Source: Octopus vulgaris
Lineage: Eukaryota
Assembly (NCBI GenBank): GCA_951406725.2
Contig: OX597827.1
Location: forward strand, 8,308,001 to 8,372,000
Length of the DNA: 64,000 bases
Reading direction: 5' to 3'
In this document: positions 27,050 through 40,348 of the stretch, piece after piece
Position numbering within the stretch: the first letter of the stretch is position 1
Layout: every line of letters begins with the position of its first letter
The notes under the pieces: model-generated
Seen by the model: the letters and a program-made list of their open reading frames with translations, nothing else
Databases searched by the model: none
What the model was told of the DNA's origin: nothing
Program-made: the position numbers and the translations under genes

Positions 27050-27819
27050 ACTATATATATATATATACACAACTATTTATATATAAATATATATATATAT
27101 ATATACAACTATATATATATATAAATATATATATATATCTATAGAAACACACAACTATATATATATATATATAAATATATATATACACAGTGGGCTTCTT
27201 TCATTTCCATCTACCAAATCCATTCACAAAGTTTCGGTCACCCTGAGACTATAGTAGAAGGCATTTGCCCAAAGTGCTATGCCGTGGGACTGAACCTGGA
27301 ACCATGTGGTTGGGAAGCAAGTTTCTTGCCACACAACCACACCTGTGCATATTGCACCAATTTGTACTCATCTTCCCAGGTATTTTCATTCACCCTTATA
27401 TAATGCGGGGGTCAGCCATGTGTCTTTTCAATAGCAAAAAATATTTGTGCTTGTACCTGACATAAAGCCACCTCCCCCTCTTAAAAACCCTCACTCAGAC
27501 ACTGGGGTGCTTTCCACTTTTCTTTTATTGTCTTGCAATTTCCTTGGCAACTTCACTTGTCTAGTGGCATGGAAAACAAAACAAAAACCACAACACCCAG
27601 GACACACTGTAAAGTTGTTAGTGTTAAGAAGAACATCCAGCTATAGCGACTATGCCAACACTGAAACTAGAGCAATGCAACCCTGTGGGAAATGGATGCT
27701 AAATTATGATGATATTTATTGAATTGTTTTCTGACACAACACAGTTTTTTTCTTACACTTCTGAACATAAATGTGCACACAAACACAGACATGAGAACCT
27801 AGGTTTGAAATTTCCCCAG

Positions 27820-27865
27820 GACACCTGATGAAGGCTGGAGACTATATCAACCGAAATGTTGTGTT
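27820..27865 (+). ncRNA. Minimal type I hammerhead motif (canonical C3-G8), slightly decayed
   Basis: GACAC-CTGATGA-A-GGCTG gagactatat CAACC-GAAA-TG-T-T-GTGTT; helix I GACAC/GTGTT; one mismatch in stem II. Confidence 0.6.
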
Positions 27866-27923
27866 AACAACAAACAAGATAAGGACAAAAATATGTCAAA
27901 TGTAAATGGTGCAAATAATGTAG

Positions 27924-28128
27924 AAGATGGAATATACGAGAATTTATTAATTAATCACAACAATTGTTTCAACACATCTAGCATCGATTCGTCTTGAGTG
28001 GGACACTCAACAGCTGAACCAGTTGTTGTGTGTCCCACTCAAAAGGAATCAATGCTAGATGTGACGAAACAATTGTCGTGATTAACTATAAATTCTTGTA
28101 TATTCCATCTTGTGTCTTTCATTTGCTA
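27924..28128 (+). mobile_element. Asymmetric fold-back element (about 88-bp imperfect arms) with a hammerhead 3' half
   Basis: aagatggaatatac...gtgggacac / gtgtcccac...gtatattccatctt; right arm has gacGAAACAATTGTC; short tail then TA-rich repeat. Confidence 0.7.
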
Positions 28129-28152
28129 TATCTATCTATCTATATATATATA

Positions 28153-28625
28153 GCATTATCAAATCTCAAAATGAGATTGAAACAGTAATCGCTCGATAAT
28201 GTAAAGTATAGAAGCCATCTTATCATGGCTAACCACATTGGGGAGGGGGTGTTACTGTAGCTTTATAGCCCCAAGAGATCGTCGTCTCTAGCTGGCTTTA
28301 GACACCATTTCAGTGCCCTTGAAGTATTTGCAAAGGGAGGCCATCCCATCCTCGCAAGCCTGAGTGATACGCTCGGAATAGTTTCAGGATTTTTGTCCCT
28401 TGTCAACGGGCGGTAACCACCAGGGACAAAAATCCCGAAACTAGTCCGAGCGTATCACTCAGGCTTGCGAGGAAGGGATGGCCTCCCTTTGCAAATACTT
28501 CAAGGGCACTGAAATGGTGTCTAAAGCCAGCTAGAGACGACGATCTCTTGGGGCTTTAAAGCTACAGTAACACCCCCTCCCCTATGTGGTTAGCCATGTT
28601 AAGATGGCTTCTATACTTTACATTA
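28153..28625 (-). mobile_element. Asymmetric fold-back element in (TA)n, about 200-bp arms, Penelope-like
   Basis: Arms ~28197-28400 and ~28422-28625 are near-perfect reverse complements; unpaired ~45-bp tail on the left; (TA)n on both flanks. Confidence 0.85.
28370..28412 (-). ncRNA. Minimal type I hammerhead motif with U3-A8 core
   Basis: Minus strand CGCCCG-TTGACAA-GGGA caaaaa TCCT-GAAA-CTAT-T-C-CGAGCG; the opposite arm keeps TCCC-GAAA-CTAG-TC. Confidence 0.65.
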
Positions 28626-29507
28626 TATATATATATATAAACCAAAAAAGAGTGAAAAAATACAGAAGGCTTGTGTTATATGGTTAAAGAATATATTTAA
28701 GTCGTTATGTTAGAAAAATGTTATTAAATTTTGTGTATAGTAACATAGTTTTTGGAGAAATAACCAGTTTCGTATTTTCTTTTCAAATTTCTCAAATTTC
28801 ATTACTTACATCGTGTCATGTCTTCACTATGTTGTGAAATATGGAGTTCCAATATATATATACACACATACACATATATATGCATACATATATATATATT
28901 TATATATATAAAAATATATATATATGTATGTGTGTATGTATATACGTATATATATGTATGTATATCCATATATGTATGTGTGTATGTATGCATATATGTC
29001 TATGTTATATGTAGTGAGAGGGGAAGGGATGGAGGGAGGGTGTCATGGAGATGTATAGGTTTGAAAAATGATAAAATAATTAGTTAATTAGTTAAGAAGT
29101 CTAATTGCAATCATATAAAATATGAATCTCATTCTTCTACAATTATTATAACTAGTAAACCTTGCTCTTCTTCTCATGTTAGGCATTTGTGGAAATTCAT
29201 GGAGAATGTTTTCCATTCCAAACTAACCTAAATAGCAATGATAACTAAGTTTGCCTCATATCCCAGCTAGAAATGAATTCGGAGATTGGATGTTTCATAG
29301 CTTGTTAATATGTTATCCAAATATTATCTTCCTAGAAATTTACCAGAAAGCCAGATCATTATTGGAGAGCTTCTGAATGGCTGATGTAAGAAGGTTAAGT
29401 GAGTTTTATTGGCTTATAATAATTGGATTTCAACCAGTCATTATAAATGTATCTGTACTTGTACAGTAACTAATGGGGTCCTCTTGAATTTTTTTTTAAG
29501 TATATAT

Positions 29508-29628
<121 letters not shown>

Positions 29629-31711
29629 AGCTGACTGACTGTCTATTTCAAAATGAGATTTGCAATAAGAATCTACTTTGACTGTGGATACTCAAAGGCT
29701 CAAAAGCCTTATATGCAATCGATGACTGGATATCAAGTGTAGCCTATAGTTAAAAGATTTACCAATGCATAACGATTGTGAGATTAAGTATGCAATATAC
29801 ATTTCCTATATATATATTCTGCTTTCAATGGAACATGCACATAGTTATTGACAACAAAGCTGTATTTGATGTCTGAACACTAATCAATTAAAAATATTTC
29901 ACCAGGCGTATTCCTTTATGCATTAGTGATATTTAATTGTCAACAGATAAGAGACAGGCTTTGTGAATTAAAGTTTTACAAATCTACAATTCTTCACCCG
30001 GAGAGAAATCGTGGTAGATGTTTTAAATGCTACTTCAATGCCAATAATAAAATAAGATTTTACAGTTGTTAACTAGAATGAGAACCATATACTTGCTATA
30101 TGAAAGGAACTTTAGTTCTGAGGGTTTTGTAGCAAGAAGATAAGAAACCACTTCTTTAAATCTCATTCATTTGAAGATTATAAGGTTTTCTTTCATTGGT
30201 TGTTTGTTCTACTTTCTATTGCAAAGGAAAGAATCAACATGACAGGAGTCGATTTATTTTAGTTTATTTTAGTTCTTTATTCTGTTAGGGAAGCAAAATT
30301 AAGTTTAATGGAATCAGATAAGATACTCAAAATGATTGCTGAAGACTAGAAATTTTAAGAACTTTGTAATGAGTAAGAAAAAATGTATATGCTATGCATC
30401 GTCTTCTTTGCAGTTCAATTTAAAATTCAAACTTCAAATCCCACCAAATATCATCTAGAAATGGTTATCTCCCTTACATTAACTGGTCATCAGGGCACAT
30501 GACTGGTATGTTATATGATATCTTTGAACATTTCCATTTTTCTTTCTTTTTTCCAGTTGCAAACATATTACCCCTATTGTCAATTTTACTCTTGCCAGCA
30601 GAATTGAGACTTCTTTGGCCCAAATTTAGCATACACAAAGTATTTTTTGTTCGTCAGCTTATTGCAGCACATTCTGTATACATTTTTTTTTGCATTGCTG
30701 TGCCAAACCAGTGGGGATTAGCTAGTACACTCAGCAAATTCATCAACCTAAAGTATTTTTTTCTTTATCAGCAAGAACTTATAAATAAAAAAGAAACAAA
30801 ATAAGAATTAAAGAAAAAAAAACTATATGAGAGAAAAAAGATGTAGAATCTTAAGCTGTACTTAAGGCAAACTTCAATAAGATGGACAGAGGAGGAAGTA
30901 GCCATAGGGTGGGGGAATACTAATGTTTATTACTCTGTGGCATAAGAGATGAGTGATTTAGCTAAGATAAACAGACACAGTAATATAAAATTACTCAGCA
31001 CCACTACACATTACAGATATTATCACTGGCAAAACTATCCAGCTATAAAACTGCAGTTTTAATCCAACACACTTTAAACAATACACTGTTATTGCTGCAC
31101 GAGATCTGTGAACAGGACTACCTCACATTAGGGCACAGATAGAGAATGTTTACTGTTTTTCTAGGGACATTTTCACCAACATTGCTTGATAATTAACTGA
31201 AGCATTTTATACTCTTACAGGGGTTTTGATGAATGAGAAATGACTAATCTATAAATTTCTTTCTTTATTCAGGGTTTTTTTTGTTTTTATCAATGCTGCC
31301 AATCTTTGACTAGAGAGCCATATCCTGTATTAAATATTCACGCAATATTTTTTTTTATGACACTTCAAATCTGCTAAAGATTACTGGATGGATTTGTGAA
31401 ATGAAGCTTCAGCTTCGCATTGGGGGGTAAATTCACTTTTCCTGCTGGACTCCTCAATGGATGGCTGGTTGGCTAGCTGGTTGGCTAGCTGGCTGGCTGG
31501 CTGGTTAGCTAAACACTCGACTTAGACACACTGCTGACATCCATCTCTCGGTTAAATAAAACTTGCACGAAAAATCAAAATTGGAAAAATCAGGGATTCA
31601 GGTTTCCAAGGATAATCAATCATGTTGCTAGGGATAATAAATAACTCCTGAAAACTGATTCCATTTTTAGGGATAGAAATATTAAAAAAGACAATAGCAA
31701 AAATACGAGTA

Positions 31712-31739
31712 GTGTGTGTGTATGTGTATGTGTGTGTGA

Positions 31740-31784
<45 letters not shown>

Positions 31785-31899
31785 TACACATACACATATA
31801 TACATATATACATATATATACACATACACATATATACATATATACATATATATACACATACACATATACATATATATACACATACACATATATACATAT

Positions 31900-31984
<85 letters not shown>
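31712..31984. repeat. Compound TA/CA microsatellite
   Basis: Directly visible. Confidence 0.95.
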
Positions 31985-32325
31985 GAGGCACTGACCATAA
32001 ATAAGTTAGCAATGGAATAAAGGAGAAAAGAATGAAAGAGAGATGGGGGGGAGATGGAGAAAGAATGCTAGCATGATAAAGAGAAAACAGAATGATGTTT
32101 CTCCATTGTATTTTTTGAGGGGTTTTTTGTTTTGTGTGTGTAATTTTTTTGTTTTCCCTGAGTTGTGTTTTGGACAAATCTACCTTAGCCATTTTCAGGT
32201 TGAATATCTCTTTTGATTTTATTGGTAATGACTGTTGTTCAAGTAAAGCAAAATTTTTGTTTATAGTTCAAATAAAATGGAATTTGATAGAACAGAAATG
32301 CTTGATGGTAACTACTCTCACTGCT

Positions 32326-32326
32326 T

Positions 32327-32362
<36 letters not shown>

Positions 32363-32420
32363 ATAATAATAATAATAATAATAATAATATTACTACTACT
32401 ACTACTAATAATAATAATAA

Positions 32421-32476
<56 letters not shown>

Positions 32477-32721
32477 ATAATAATAATAATAATAATAATA
32501 TTACTACTACTACTACTACTACTACTACTAACTCCACCCACCACCACCACCACCACCACCACTACTGCCATCGCCATTTTCATCAGTAATATCCCCACCA
32601 CCACCATCACCATCACCATCACCATCACCACAACCACTACCATGACTACTGCCCCTGCCAGCACCACCAACATCAACACCGCCACGACCAACGACAACAA
32701 CATCAACAACAAGAGCAACAT

Positions 32722-32764
<43 letters not shown>

Positions 32765-32822
32765 GGTGAGGCAGCTGTTGGAGCTGTCATCACTGCTACT
32801 GCTACTGTTGCTGCTGCTGCTG
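32326..32822. repeat. Compound trinucleotide tract (TAC/AAT/CAC/GCT)
   Basis: Alternating blocks directly visible. Confidence 0.95.
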
Positions 32823-32970
32823 CAAGGCAGTCATGGCTCTAACAATCCTGTTATGAACTGCAAACATCAAACGGCAGCAATTCAGTGAGGATGGGATTGG
32901 AGGAGGAAGAAGAAAAATTTGAAATCAAATAAATCATCATTAAATTAGGCTCAAAATACAAAGCCAAAAC

Positions 32971-33004
32971 AATAATGATAACAACAACAACAATAATAAC
33001 AATG

Positions 33005-33038
<34 letters not shown>

Positions 33039-33121
33039 TGATGATGATGATGATGATGATAATAATAATAATAATGATAATAATAATAATAATGATGATG
33101 ATAATGATGATGATGATAATA

Positions 33122-33152
<31 letters not shown>

Positions 33153-33175
33153 TGATAATAATAATAATAATAATG

Positions 33176-33206
<31 letters not shown>

Positions 33207-33208
33207 TA

Positions 33209-33243
<35 letters not shown>

Positions 33244-33487
33244 AATAATAATAATGATGATGATGACGATGATGATGATGATAATAATAATGATAATAAT
33301 AATAATAATAATAATAATGATAATAATAATAATAATAATGATGATGATGATAATAATAATAATAATGATGATGATGACGATGATGATGATAATAATAATA
33401 ATGATAATAATAATGATAATAATAATAATAATGATGATGATGACGATGATGATGATGATAATAATAATGATAATGATAATAATAATA

Positions 33488-33540
<53 letters not shown>

Positions 33541-33547
33541 AATAATG

Positions 33548-33605
<58 letters not shown>

Positions 33606-33763
33606 TAATAATAATAATAATAATAATAATGACGATGACGATGATAATAATAATGATAATAATGATTATAATAATGATAATAATAATAATAATGACGATG
33701 ACAATGATGATGATGATAATGATAATAATAATGATAATAATGATAATAATAATGATAACAATG

Positions 33764-33800
<37 letters not shown>

Positions 33801-33877
33801 CGATGACGATGATGATGATGATAATGATAATAATAATGATAATAATAATAATAATGATAATAATGATAATAATAATA
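32971..33877. repeat. About 900-bp in-phase (AAT/GAT/GAC)n trinucleotide array
   Basis: Directly visible; gives the spurious 303-aa I/M ORF. Confidence 0.95.
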
Positions 33878-34653
33878 AGGGGCTAGTTTTCAGAAGTGAG
33901 ATATGAAGAGAGATGGGGGACGGGAGAGGGGGAGAGAGAGGGAGAGAGAGAGAGACAGTGAGTGAATGAGTGAGGAAGAGAGAGAGAGGGGAAGAGAGAG
34001 AGAGAGAGAAATCTTTGGGACAACAAACACCCGTCTATGTCAAAACTTCCAATAGCAGATATCAATGGTGTATGCCAGTAATAGCTACATCACCAATTTC
34101 ATTAATAACATAGACTGTTTTTCTATCTAATTAAAAACCAAGTGATTTGATAGCCATCTCTAGAGACCTTCCTATTGATTCTGATTTATGTACACTTCAG
34201 TTAAGATTTAATCATATACATACCCAACTTCTACTGTACAAATTATATAAGTTTGTCTGTTCACTGAATTAATTGGTCAATGGAGAACTAACTTAATTGA
34301 TGCTATTGGTAGATTTTTTAATTAATCACAACTTTTCTATTGTAAGAGGTAGATATAGATAGGTAAAGTTGCTAATAATGTTTTAGCAGTCTATGATATA
34401 AAACTTAATATTAACCATAGACTTAATATCTTTAAGGGAGAATAATTATATTTTACCGGTATATATATATATGTGTATGTATGTGTGTATGTGTGTACAC
34501 ATACATATATACATACATATGTTTTCATACATAAATATATAATATATATATGGTGGTCTTCTTTCAGTTTTCATGTGCCAAATTCAGTCACAAGGTTTAG
34601 GTTGGTTCAAAACTATAGCAAAAACCACTTGCTCAAGGTGCTACACAGTGGGA

Positions 34654-35092
34654 CATGTAAAAAAGATTCGAGCGAGGTCGTTGCCAGTACCGCCTGAGTG
34701 GCGCCTGTGCCGGTGGCACATGTAAAAAAGATTCGAGCGAGGTCGTTGCCAGTACCGCCTGACTGGCGCCTGTGCCGGTGGCACATGTAAAAAAGATTCG
34801 AGCGAGGTCGTTGCCAGTACCGCCTGACTGGCGCCTGTGCCGGTGGCATGTGTAAAAAAGGTTCAAGCGGGGTCGTTGCCAGTACCGCCTGACTGGCGCC
34901 TGTGCCGGTGGCACATAAAAAGCACCCACTACACTCTCAGAGGGGTTGGCGTTAGGAAGGGCATCCAGCAGTAGAAACTTTGCCAGATCAAGACTGGAGC
35001 CTGGTGCAGCCATCTGGTTCACCAGCTCTCTGTCAAAATCGTCCAACCCATGCTAGCATGGAAAGCGGACATTGAACGATGATGATGATGAT
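34654..35092 (+). mobile_element. Family A copy with four tandem 65-bp internal units
   Basis: Units start at about 34654, 34719, 34784 and 34849 (catgtaaaaaagattcgagcgaggtcgttgccagtaccgcctgactggcgcctgtgccggtggca); (GAT)n tail. Confidence 0.9.
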
Positions 35093-35112
35093 GTATGTAT
35101 GTATGTATGTAT

Positions 35113-35518
35113 GAGGGGCTGCTGAATAGTTCCTGGCTGTAGGTAAAAGGAAAAACAGGAGGATCGCATAATATTTAACATATTCCCTTCTCAGATTCAC
35201 ACAATTATTTTTCTAAGCCCTGAAAAAGAACTCAGAAGGTTGGGCCATTCACAGTACCTATTTCTTTATTACCCACAAGGGGCTAAACACAGAGGGGACA
35301 AACAAGGACAGACATAGGTATTAAGTTGATTACAGTGCATAACTGGTACTTATTTATCAACCCCGAAAGGATGAAAGGCAAAGTCGACCTCGGCGGAATT
35401 TGAACTCACAACGTAACGCAGACGAAATACTGCTAAGCATTTCACCCGGCGTGCTAACGCTTCTGCCAGCTCGCCGTCTTTACAATACCCTTTAAAGCCA
35501 GGATCCCTTTGTACGCCT
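35113..35518. mobile_element. Small mariner-like non-autonomous remnant carrying a SINE B (35260-35478, minus)
   Basis: gaggggctgctgaatagttcctggct / aaagccagga TIR-like ends; SINE B flanked by imperfect TSD acagtacc/acaatacc. Confidence 0.55.
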
Positions 35519-36054
35519 AAAATGTTCTTTAAAGAAGATTGGCTCGACTATTTTTTAACTCTACTTTAGGATTTAATCAGTGACTGAGTAATTTCTTTAG
35601 CCATTAACTAATTCACTGATTATAAACTCTCTATTGTTAACGAATTAAGTGAACTGGATAGACGGATTTGCATATACAACACAGTGTTGGTAGTTAGTTT
35701 GAGAAATAAATTACCGGTGCATTGACTATTTCATTTCAATATTATATTGTACTTTTGTCTTTAATCTTTTGCTTGTTTCAGTCATTGGACTGTGGCCATG
35801 CTGGAGCACAGTGTTGCAGGGTTTAGCTGAATGAACCAACACCAGTACCTATTTTTTTTCTAATCTATTACTTATTCTATCAATCGCTTTGGCTGAACTG
35901 CTTAGTTACAGGAAAATAAACAAACAAAAAACCAGAGACAAACACACAAACACATATATATAGTGGACTTCCACACTGTTTTTCTCTACCAAATTCATTC
36001 ACAAAGCATTAGTTAGACCAGGGCTATAATGTAGAAGACTTGCCTAAGGTACTA

Positions 36055-36995
36055 TTGAGTCATTCCATAAATAATGTGGTTCTTCCAATTGCATGAACTA
36101 AAAGTTAGAGGAGGATGGGATAAACTACCTGCATCAATTTGCTATAAAAGCAGGTAGTAATTTTACCTTGTACTTATTCTTAGTGCAAGGTATGAAGAGT
36201 GCAGTTTGATTTTAACAGTTATTTTTTTCAAAGCTATAATGGAAGTGACACAGAAGGATATTCAGTATATTTTGCTTTATGAATTCAATAAAGGCAATAA
36301 CACAATGGAAAGTGCAAGGAATATTAATGCTGCATATGGAGATAGTGCAAGGAATATTAATACTGTATATGGAGATCAGACAATAAGCAAAAGCCAGTGT
36401 CAACAGTAGTTCCAGAAATTTCAAGCCGGAAACTACAGCCTAGAAGATGAACCACATCCTGGATGACTTGCAGAGCTCAACAAGGACATCCTGCAAACCC
36501 TGGTTGAACAAAATCCTATTGTAACTGTTGAGGAACTAGCAGAGAAGTTTGGATTTGGTCGTTCAACCAGTCATTCAAGTCAGCACCAGAAGAAAAATGA
36601 CCATCTGTGGTTTTAAGATGAAAAGTTTTTTTCCAGCAGGATAATGCTTGGCTACATATGACAAGGATGACATTCCAAAGGCTGGAGCAATTTGAATGGG
36701 AAACAATGCTCCACCCATCATATTCACTGGACATTGCTACATCGGATTTATTATTTATTCTATGTTCTTCAAAATCATTTGAACAGAAAAAATATGAACT
36801 CTGTAGATGAGGTCAGAATAGTACTGAAGGAATATTTTCATCACAGACAAGTGAATTTTGGAAGAGAGGTCTTGCAAGTCTACCAGATAGATGAAAGAGC
36901 AGTGTAGAAAATGAATGAGGGTATTTTTTAGATTAAAAAACAACTGAAAAATAAAAGAAGTATAAAAAAACAGCATTTTTCATGGCATGACCCAA
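36055..36995 (+). mobile_element. mariner (DD34D-type) relic, internally deleted
   Basis: TIRs ta|ttgagtcattccataaataatg / catttttcatggcatgacccaa|ta; ILLYEFNKGNN..SARNI, FQKFQAGNYSLEDEP, FQQDNA, HPSYSLDIATSD motifs with stops. Confidence 0.9.
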
Positions 36996-37249
36996 TATAT
37001 TCTATACTTATAACTGTTCAGTTGCACAGTCATAACTATAGAATATATCTACAGATTTTAACCACCACTGTATATTCTAGGAAGATATAAACACTTTGTC
37101 TTAGTTAATCCCTTAGTAATAGTGAATTTATGGGCAGTGTCTCTATGAGCTGCTAAAGAAATTCTGTCACTAATATGGCTGATCCCTTACTTTCCATCTA
37201 CATTGAGATATTGTGCATAACAACCAGAACTTTATATATGTCTATTCAA

Positions 37250-37547
37250 TACTCTTTACTCTTTTACTCGTTTCAGTCATTTGACTGCAGCCATGCTGGA
37301 GCACCGCCTTTAGTCGAGCAAATGCTAGGGGTACAAACACAGACACACAAATACACACACACATATATATATATACATATATACGACAAGCTTCTTTCAG
37401 TTTCCATCTACCAAATCCACTCACAAGGCATTGGTCGGCCCGGGGCTATAGCAGAAGACACTTGCCCAAGAATGCCACACAGTGGGACTGAACCCGGAAC
37501 CATGTGGTTGGTTAGCAAGCTACTTACCACACAGCCACTCCTGCGCC
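37250..37547 (-). mobile_element. SINE family C with about 100-bp internal deletion
   Basis: Jumps from gtcgagcaa to atgctaggg relative to full copies. Confidence 0.85.
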
Positions 37548-38972
37548 AATACAGGTTAAAATCTCTAGATATACTCTGTTGTTACAATGGGGCTGATGTG
37601 GATGTTCTCTGTGCATAAAATTGCAAAACTCAGATCCATTCCTAAATGTGGCGACCCTGTCTATAATTATAGACAGAACCACAGTATTTAAAAGCAGATT
37701 AGACTCACTTTTGTCTCTTCAATAATTGTTCTGGTTCTTCAATGTAATAACAGATGCTTTCACTAAATGAATGGCACAAGAATCAAACCATATGGTTTTT
37801 GTGAACTGATATACAACACAAATATACAAAATTAATTAAATTTAACACTAATGATATGTTTGATATATTTCATGTTCTATGGTTTGAATTGAATTGAGAA
37901 TGTAATACAAAATGCCAAATATGAATTCAGGCATTTTTGAATTAAGTTCAGATAATTTACTATCAACCCCACATTAGAGCTGAACCAGAAATGTTGTAAA
38001 GCATTTATTAAGATTATAACTTTAGAAATATCCCCATGAGAAAAATCATGATTTTTGCACATAGGACAAAAGATAGTTGCTTATTTATAAGCACATATAT
38101 ATGATATGAGGAAAAAATATTGCGTGTACAAATGAAATTCCATTAAAAATATTAATTTGATCTTTGTAAGTTTTATATTTGGGTTTGAATGTCAGAAATC
38201 AATAGTTATAGAAAATGTGTATTGCTTTTAGTTAAAGCTATTTTGCTTTGAATTTTATCCTTTAATGTTCGTGAATGATTGATCTAAATAAGAGGAAAGA
38301 GATTGCCGAGAATCAGTGTCAACTGCTTCAAAATTCTATAGAGGTAATTTATAAAATTAGTTAAACTAAGCAATATTTAGCATTTATATGTATTTCATAT
38401 CAATATAATAAATTTAGAGCAATTTATACTGAAATTCCATTTAAGTTATACAAACCATATGTAAAAAAATAATACCATTCTTCAAAAAAATTTCAAAAAT
38501 TCTATAAGGAAAAATGCATGAAAAACATTCCTTTAAGCCAATTCTCTGTATGGGTTTCTCTTATAATTTCTCTTATAATTAGCTGTCAATATATCTTGTT
38601 ATACCGACTGAAAACCTTCAGATGATAATATGGTAGCGTGCTTATGCAACAATAAAACAAGATTATATTTGATAAAATATAAATATTTTGTCTACCCTTA
38701 ACACAATTCAAGTATTTTTATCTCTTATCGGTTAAACTGTATTTCATGCTAGTATGTAGTGTATAAATTATGTTATTGCTTTCTCACACTCATTACTAAA
38801 TAAATGAATAATATTTTTATGTTTCTGTTTGTCCTATTAGTGATAGTAGAAAATCTAAATCAAATCTAGCCAATATTTCTGTGCTTACTAAGCTAAATTC
38901 TGGCCAGCTGAAGGTACAGACAACTCGTGAAGTCACCTGGAGCAGCACATGATTGGGGTTGCTACACCCACA

Positions 38973-39183
38973 TACTCTTTTACTCTTTTACTTGTTTCAG
39001 TCATTTGACTGCGGCCATGCTGGAACACTGCCTTTAGTCGAGCAAATCGACCCCGGGACTTATTCTTTGTAAGCCCAGTACTTATTCTATCGGTCTCTTT
39101 TGCCGAACCGCTAAGTGACAGGGACATAAACACACCGGCATCGGATGTCAAGCAACGCTAGAGGGACAAACACAGACAAATAT

Positions 39184-39254
<71 letters not shown>

Positions 39255-39438
39255 TATATACATATACATATATACGACAGGCTTCTTTCAGTTTCCGTCA
39301 ACCAAATCCACTCACAAGGCTTTGGTCGGCCCAAGGCTATAGTAGAAGACACTTGCCCAAGGTGCCACGCAGTGGGACTGAACCCGGAACCATGTGGCTG
39401 GTTAGCAAGCTACTTACCACACAGCCACTCCTGCGCCT
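38973..39438 (-). mobile_element. SINE family C, full length
   Basis: Colinear with 6018-6410. Confidence 0.9.
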
Positions 39439-40348
39439 ATGTTTAGAATCTTTGCAATAAAAGAGGAAAGAAATAAAGTATAGGCACAGGAATGGCTATG
39501 TGGTTTAGCAACTTTCTTTGAAACTGTATGGTTTCAGTTTAATCTCGTTGCATGGATCTTGGGTAAGTGTCTTCTGCATATATGGTATAGCACTTGAGCG
39601 TGAAGTGTTTGGTATTAAGAAGGCCATCCAGCTGTAGAAGCCAAAGCAAAGCAGACATTGCAATTCAGTTCACATCAAACTGTCCAACCCATGGCCACAG
39701 GGGAAAAAAAAGGATGTTAAAAGATGATGATCATCTATGTGTGCATTGTGTGCCCGTGTGTATATGTGCATGTATGTGTGAGTGTATATGTGTGTGCATC
39801 TTTGTGTTTAACCCCCCACCACCACCACCACCTCCACCACTTGACAATTGGTGTTGAATTGTTTACATCCCTGTAACTTAGTGGTTCATCAATATAGACC
39901 AACAGAATACAAAAGGAAACTATAAGCAGACTATAAAAGCAAAAAACAAAAATCTCTTGGGTCAATTTGTTTGACTAAAACATTTTAGGTGGGACCCCAG
40001 CCACAGTCCAGCAAGTTTAACAAATAAAAGATAAAAGGTGAAAGGAGCTCGTTATTCCAACATTTAATAAGTTGTAATAAGCACTTTGTTACTACATTCA
40101 CAGATTTGAGGCTTTGCGAAGCTTTCAAAGATTATTCTTCTGAGGGCATTAAAATTTAGTTTACGTGAATACCAGCAAAACTTAGGCCCAGTCCTGGACA
40201 AATCTAAGGTACAGCACATGTACCATTATTAAACATCATAACAAATGGCGGTGCCCCAGCATGGCCACAGCTCGTGAGCTGAAACTAGATAAAATAAAAA
40301 TAAAAATAAAATGAAAATAAATAATTATATAGCAATGCACAGACATAT

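Noticed and set aside
28197-28625. Long hairpins as DNA-transposon MITEs or miRNA genes
   Set aside because: One-sided tails and embedded hammerhead halves fit Penelope-like inverted ends better; arms are much longer than a pre-miRNA.
32975-33886. 303-aa Ile/Met ORF
   Set aside because: Trinucleotide array with no protein-like complexity.
34654-34912. 65-bp repeats as CRISPR or a coding repeat
   Set aside because: No spacers; an internal module of interspersed family A.
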